Source: a virus. Taken from it: a stretch of DNA of 64,000 bases. Positions 61,123 to 64,000 of this stretch are shown here, one piece after another (within the stretch, counting starts at the first letter, position 1; every line of letters begins with the position of its first letter). The stretch covers positions 60,556 through 124,555 of IMG/VR virus record IMGVR_UViG_3300032236_001180, one strand, 5' to 3'. The position numbers and the translations under genes are program-made. The notes below the pieces were generated by a model. That model was not told the DNA's origin and searched no databases. It saw only the letters and a program-made list of their open reading frames with translations.

Positions 61123-61512
61123 ATGATTTACTTTATTAGTGGGCACTTATCTCTTACACAGGAGGAGTTTGATACGCATTATAAACCTTTAATTGATGAG
61201 GCACTTTCTCATAATTATTCTTTTGTAGTTGGTGATGCGAAAGGTGCTGATACATTAGCACAAAACTACTTATTTGGTAAAACTGATAGAGTAGTTGTGT
61301 ATCATATGTTTGAAACTCCAAGATATAATGCTGGATTTCCTACCGAAGGTGGATTTCAAAGTGATGAAGAAAGAGATGTTGCTATGACTAATAATAGTGA
61401 TAGAGATATTGCTTGGGTGAGAAAAGGTAGGGAAAAATCTGGAACTCAAAAGAACCTTGATAGGAGAGAAACTCTAGAATATCATTTTCTTAACTTGGGT
61501 GGTGATAGGTAG
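61123..61512 (+). CDS. SLOG/YspA-like Rossmann-fold protein
   Basis: FISGH...FVVGDAKGADTLAQ.Y...RD..M...SD..IA.....SGT..N. Confidence 0.65.
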   Translation: MIYFISGHLSLTQEEFDTHYKPLIDEALSHNYSFVVGDAKGADTLAQNYLFGKTDRVVVYHMFETPRYNAGFPTEGGFQSDEERDVAMTNNSDRDIAWVRKGREKSGTQKNLDRRETLEYHFLNLGGDR

Positions 61513-61596
61513 GACACTTGACGAACTGGCACAAGACCCCACCAATCCCCCTGTGGATGCCTTATAATACACTCATACGCAATTCGAAAACAGCAA

Positions 61597-63902
61597 ATGA
61601 CATTTTCTATTGATGAACTCTTTGAGATTGTAACCAAAGTTATTGCTTTACCTAACACCACAATCACCGAGCAAGATAAAAGAAAGGCAATTCGGGTATT
61701 TCTTGGATTTGATGATTACCTGATTGATGCTCTGCCTGGTTATTGTGAGGAAGGTTGCGAGATTGACTTTGGTGGTTATGCTGCGGAACAACTTGATATT
61801 CTTGAAGGAAAATGACTGACACAGAAAGAGCACAAACAATCTGGAAAGCATTCAAAGGAGAACTTACACAACCAGCAACAGATGATATGAAAGAAGCACT
61901 TGCTACTGCTATTAAAGAACTTGTATCCCAACTTCAATATGATAATTGTGACTGGCAAGCACCTGACGAGCAGATGATTATGGATGTAGAGCAGGTTATG
62001 TTAGTTGTTAATCAATTGGAGGCATTATGACTAACCAACAAATAGCACAAAAAGTTCTTTATGCTTATATGGATGTGGAGAAGGATTTATCGCAACCTAA
62101 AATCCTTATTCATACACTCAAAGAACTACGGAAACTTATTTCTGGAACAAATGAGAATGTGGATTGGCAAGATGAATTGAATGTGATGTATGTGAATGGT
62201 TGGGACGATGCTATCCACCAGATTGATGCTATTTGTGAGGAATTGGAGGTATTATGACTAACGAACAACTACTTGAAGAATACAGCAAAGAAATTCATAA
62301 AGAACACTATAATTCATCACATAACCTGAATGTTGCCAAATTAATTGAAAGTCATAGGCATTTGAGAAATTTAAATAGAGAATGGCACGGAGCATTCCGT
62401 GAGGCACAAAAAGAAGGATATGATTTTGGATACAAACAAGGATTAAGAAATGTACAAGAAAATACCATTATGCTTGAAGACCTTCGTAAAATGACTCTAC
62501 AAGAAATTGCTAATTTGATTGGAACTGATGATTACTGAAATTACGGAGAACTTGAAATGAAAAAGTGGTTTGAAAATGCTTGGTGGTCTTGGGGTAATTG
62601 TATCAGTTTTCGTTTTGTTGATTATAATGACAACATAGACCGTTGCTGTTTTTTTGAAGAATTAAATCTCGGGTATTATCAAATGGAATATGAGTATCAT
62701 ATGTCTCAACCAGGATTTGACTTTTGGAATTTGGGAGGCAGAGATCTTTATTATTCTTATGTGATGAAAACCAAATGACTTATAAACTTGACCCAGAAAA
62801 ACCTTATACACTTGAAGACATTATCTTTGAAAAGATAGCATCAGAAATTAAAGCAGATATGGATAAACATCTACTTGATGTACTTTATAATAATACACAG
62901 GAGAACTCACAATGATTACTGACGAACAAATTTTTCAAATTGCCAGAGAACATCTTTATGTTCTTACCTCTGTGAATGAGTGGTGTGGAGAGGATGAAGA
63001 CATCTTGAAGTTTGCCAGAGCAATGTACGAAGAAGGTTATGATGATGGTTGCTACCAAGCAACTAATTCAACTGGACTTGTATGAGACCCACAAAGGACT
63101 GATGGAATCCGATGACTGACTTTTTTATTACTTTCCTTACAATATTTTTTACGGTTGGTGTTATTAAACTTACCAATAAACTATTTGGGAACAAAAACAC
63201 CAAAACCACCAAATCATACGACGATGGTTTTATTGATGGATTTATTCTTGGAGAAATTCTTGAAGATGACTGACGAAGAAGATTGGAAGAAGATGTTTGA
63301 GAATCCAGAGAAAATCTTGGTTTCTGCCGAGAATTATGATAAATTTGTAGAAATGTTAGAACTACCAAGTGAAGCAACAATGGAATCAATCAAAAGACTT
63401 ATGAACCGCAAAACACCTTGGGATGAACCAAATGACTGATTTCATTACTCTTTGTATGAATGGTGGTATTGTGGGTGATATTATTTTGTTTGCTCTATCA
63501 GTCATCATTATGATTCCTTTTTGCCTTTTATTCAACTCTATATTAAGTGGAAAATGACTGAACAACAAGAACTTCTAAACTCTTATCAAAAAGAACTTGA
63601 AAAGTGCTCTGAAATAGCACAGATACTTGATGCTCTCAATCCTGACCTTATTGGTTCTTTTACTGGAACTCCAAGTGAAAGAATTGAACGACAACTTTAT
63701 GCTCTTGGTATTCTAAATGACTAACAAATTAAAATTCGCACAAGTATCACGAGTAATCTGCCCGAAGACAGGCATCCATTATTTGGACAGTATTTCGGAA
63801 GATGGCACTCATTGGATGGCACAAATGCAACACAATACTGAACCACACCTGTGCTATGATAGAGTATGGTATCAAGACCCCCAACAACCAGTAAAATTAT
63901 GA
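61597..63902 (+). other. Cluster of small hypothetical ORFs
   Basis: ORFs at 61597, 61812, 62027, 62254, 62557, 62775, 62912, 63112, 63266, 63432, 63554 and 63717, chained by ATGA-type overlaps. Confidence 0.6.
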
Positions 63903-64000
63903 CTGAAAAAGAACAAGACGAAAATCTCAAAAATTGTTTAAACCTTATTGAGAAGTGGGGTGAAGAAAATAAATCACCAACACTCTGGGAAATTATACGA

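Larger units (their letters stand above)
49481..61568 (+). promoter_or_regulatory. Eight copies of a dyad motif (nnnCACTT-N4-AA(C/G)TGnCn) 31-32 nt upstream of a -10 box
   Basis: Dyads at 49481, 51814, 53538, 55988, 57722, 59370, 61042 and 61512. The matching -10 boxes start at 49532, 51865, 53589, 56040, 57773, 59421, 61094 and 61563. Confidence 0.85.

Noticed and set aside
55988-61531. CRISPR-like array from the repeated GACACTTGACGAACTGGCAC
   Set aside because: Copies are hundreds to thousands of nt apart, separated by genes, and each is tied to a -10 box. No cas genes.

Overview
AT-rich segment of a large T4-like myovirus, most likely a freshwater cyanomyovirus (inferred from gene families; no photosynthesis gene is in the window). 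Positions 1-48.3 kb are a late structural region with about 15 Gly/Thr/Ser-rich virion or tail-fibre genes, four of them ending in S74 intramolecular chaperones. Embedded in it are (i) a Cys-rich peptide + unknown protein + radical SAM/SPASM cassette directly behind a mini fibre, (ii) an inverted Gly-rich adhesin-like gene pair and (iii) a sulfotransferase and a GT9-like glycosyltransferase. Positions 48.4-64 kb are early/middle-type: a candidate structured small RNA, homing endonucleases, a VWA/peptidase gene, a cobS-like AAA+ gene split in two by an endonuclease with complementary new tails on both halves, tRNA-Arg(TCT), a triplicated Gly-Tyr repeat gene, an orphan FeoA and many small ORFs. 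Eight copies of a palindrome-plus -10 promoter motif precede genes in this part. Best candidates for new biology: the fibre-linked radical SAM RiPP-like cassette (8459-11563) and the split cobS with a putative heterodimeric clasp (51894-54354). All family assignments are by motif recognition, not database search.
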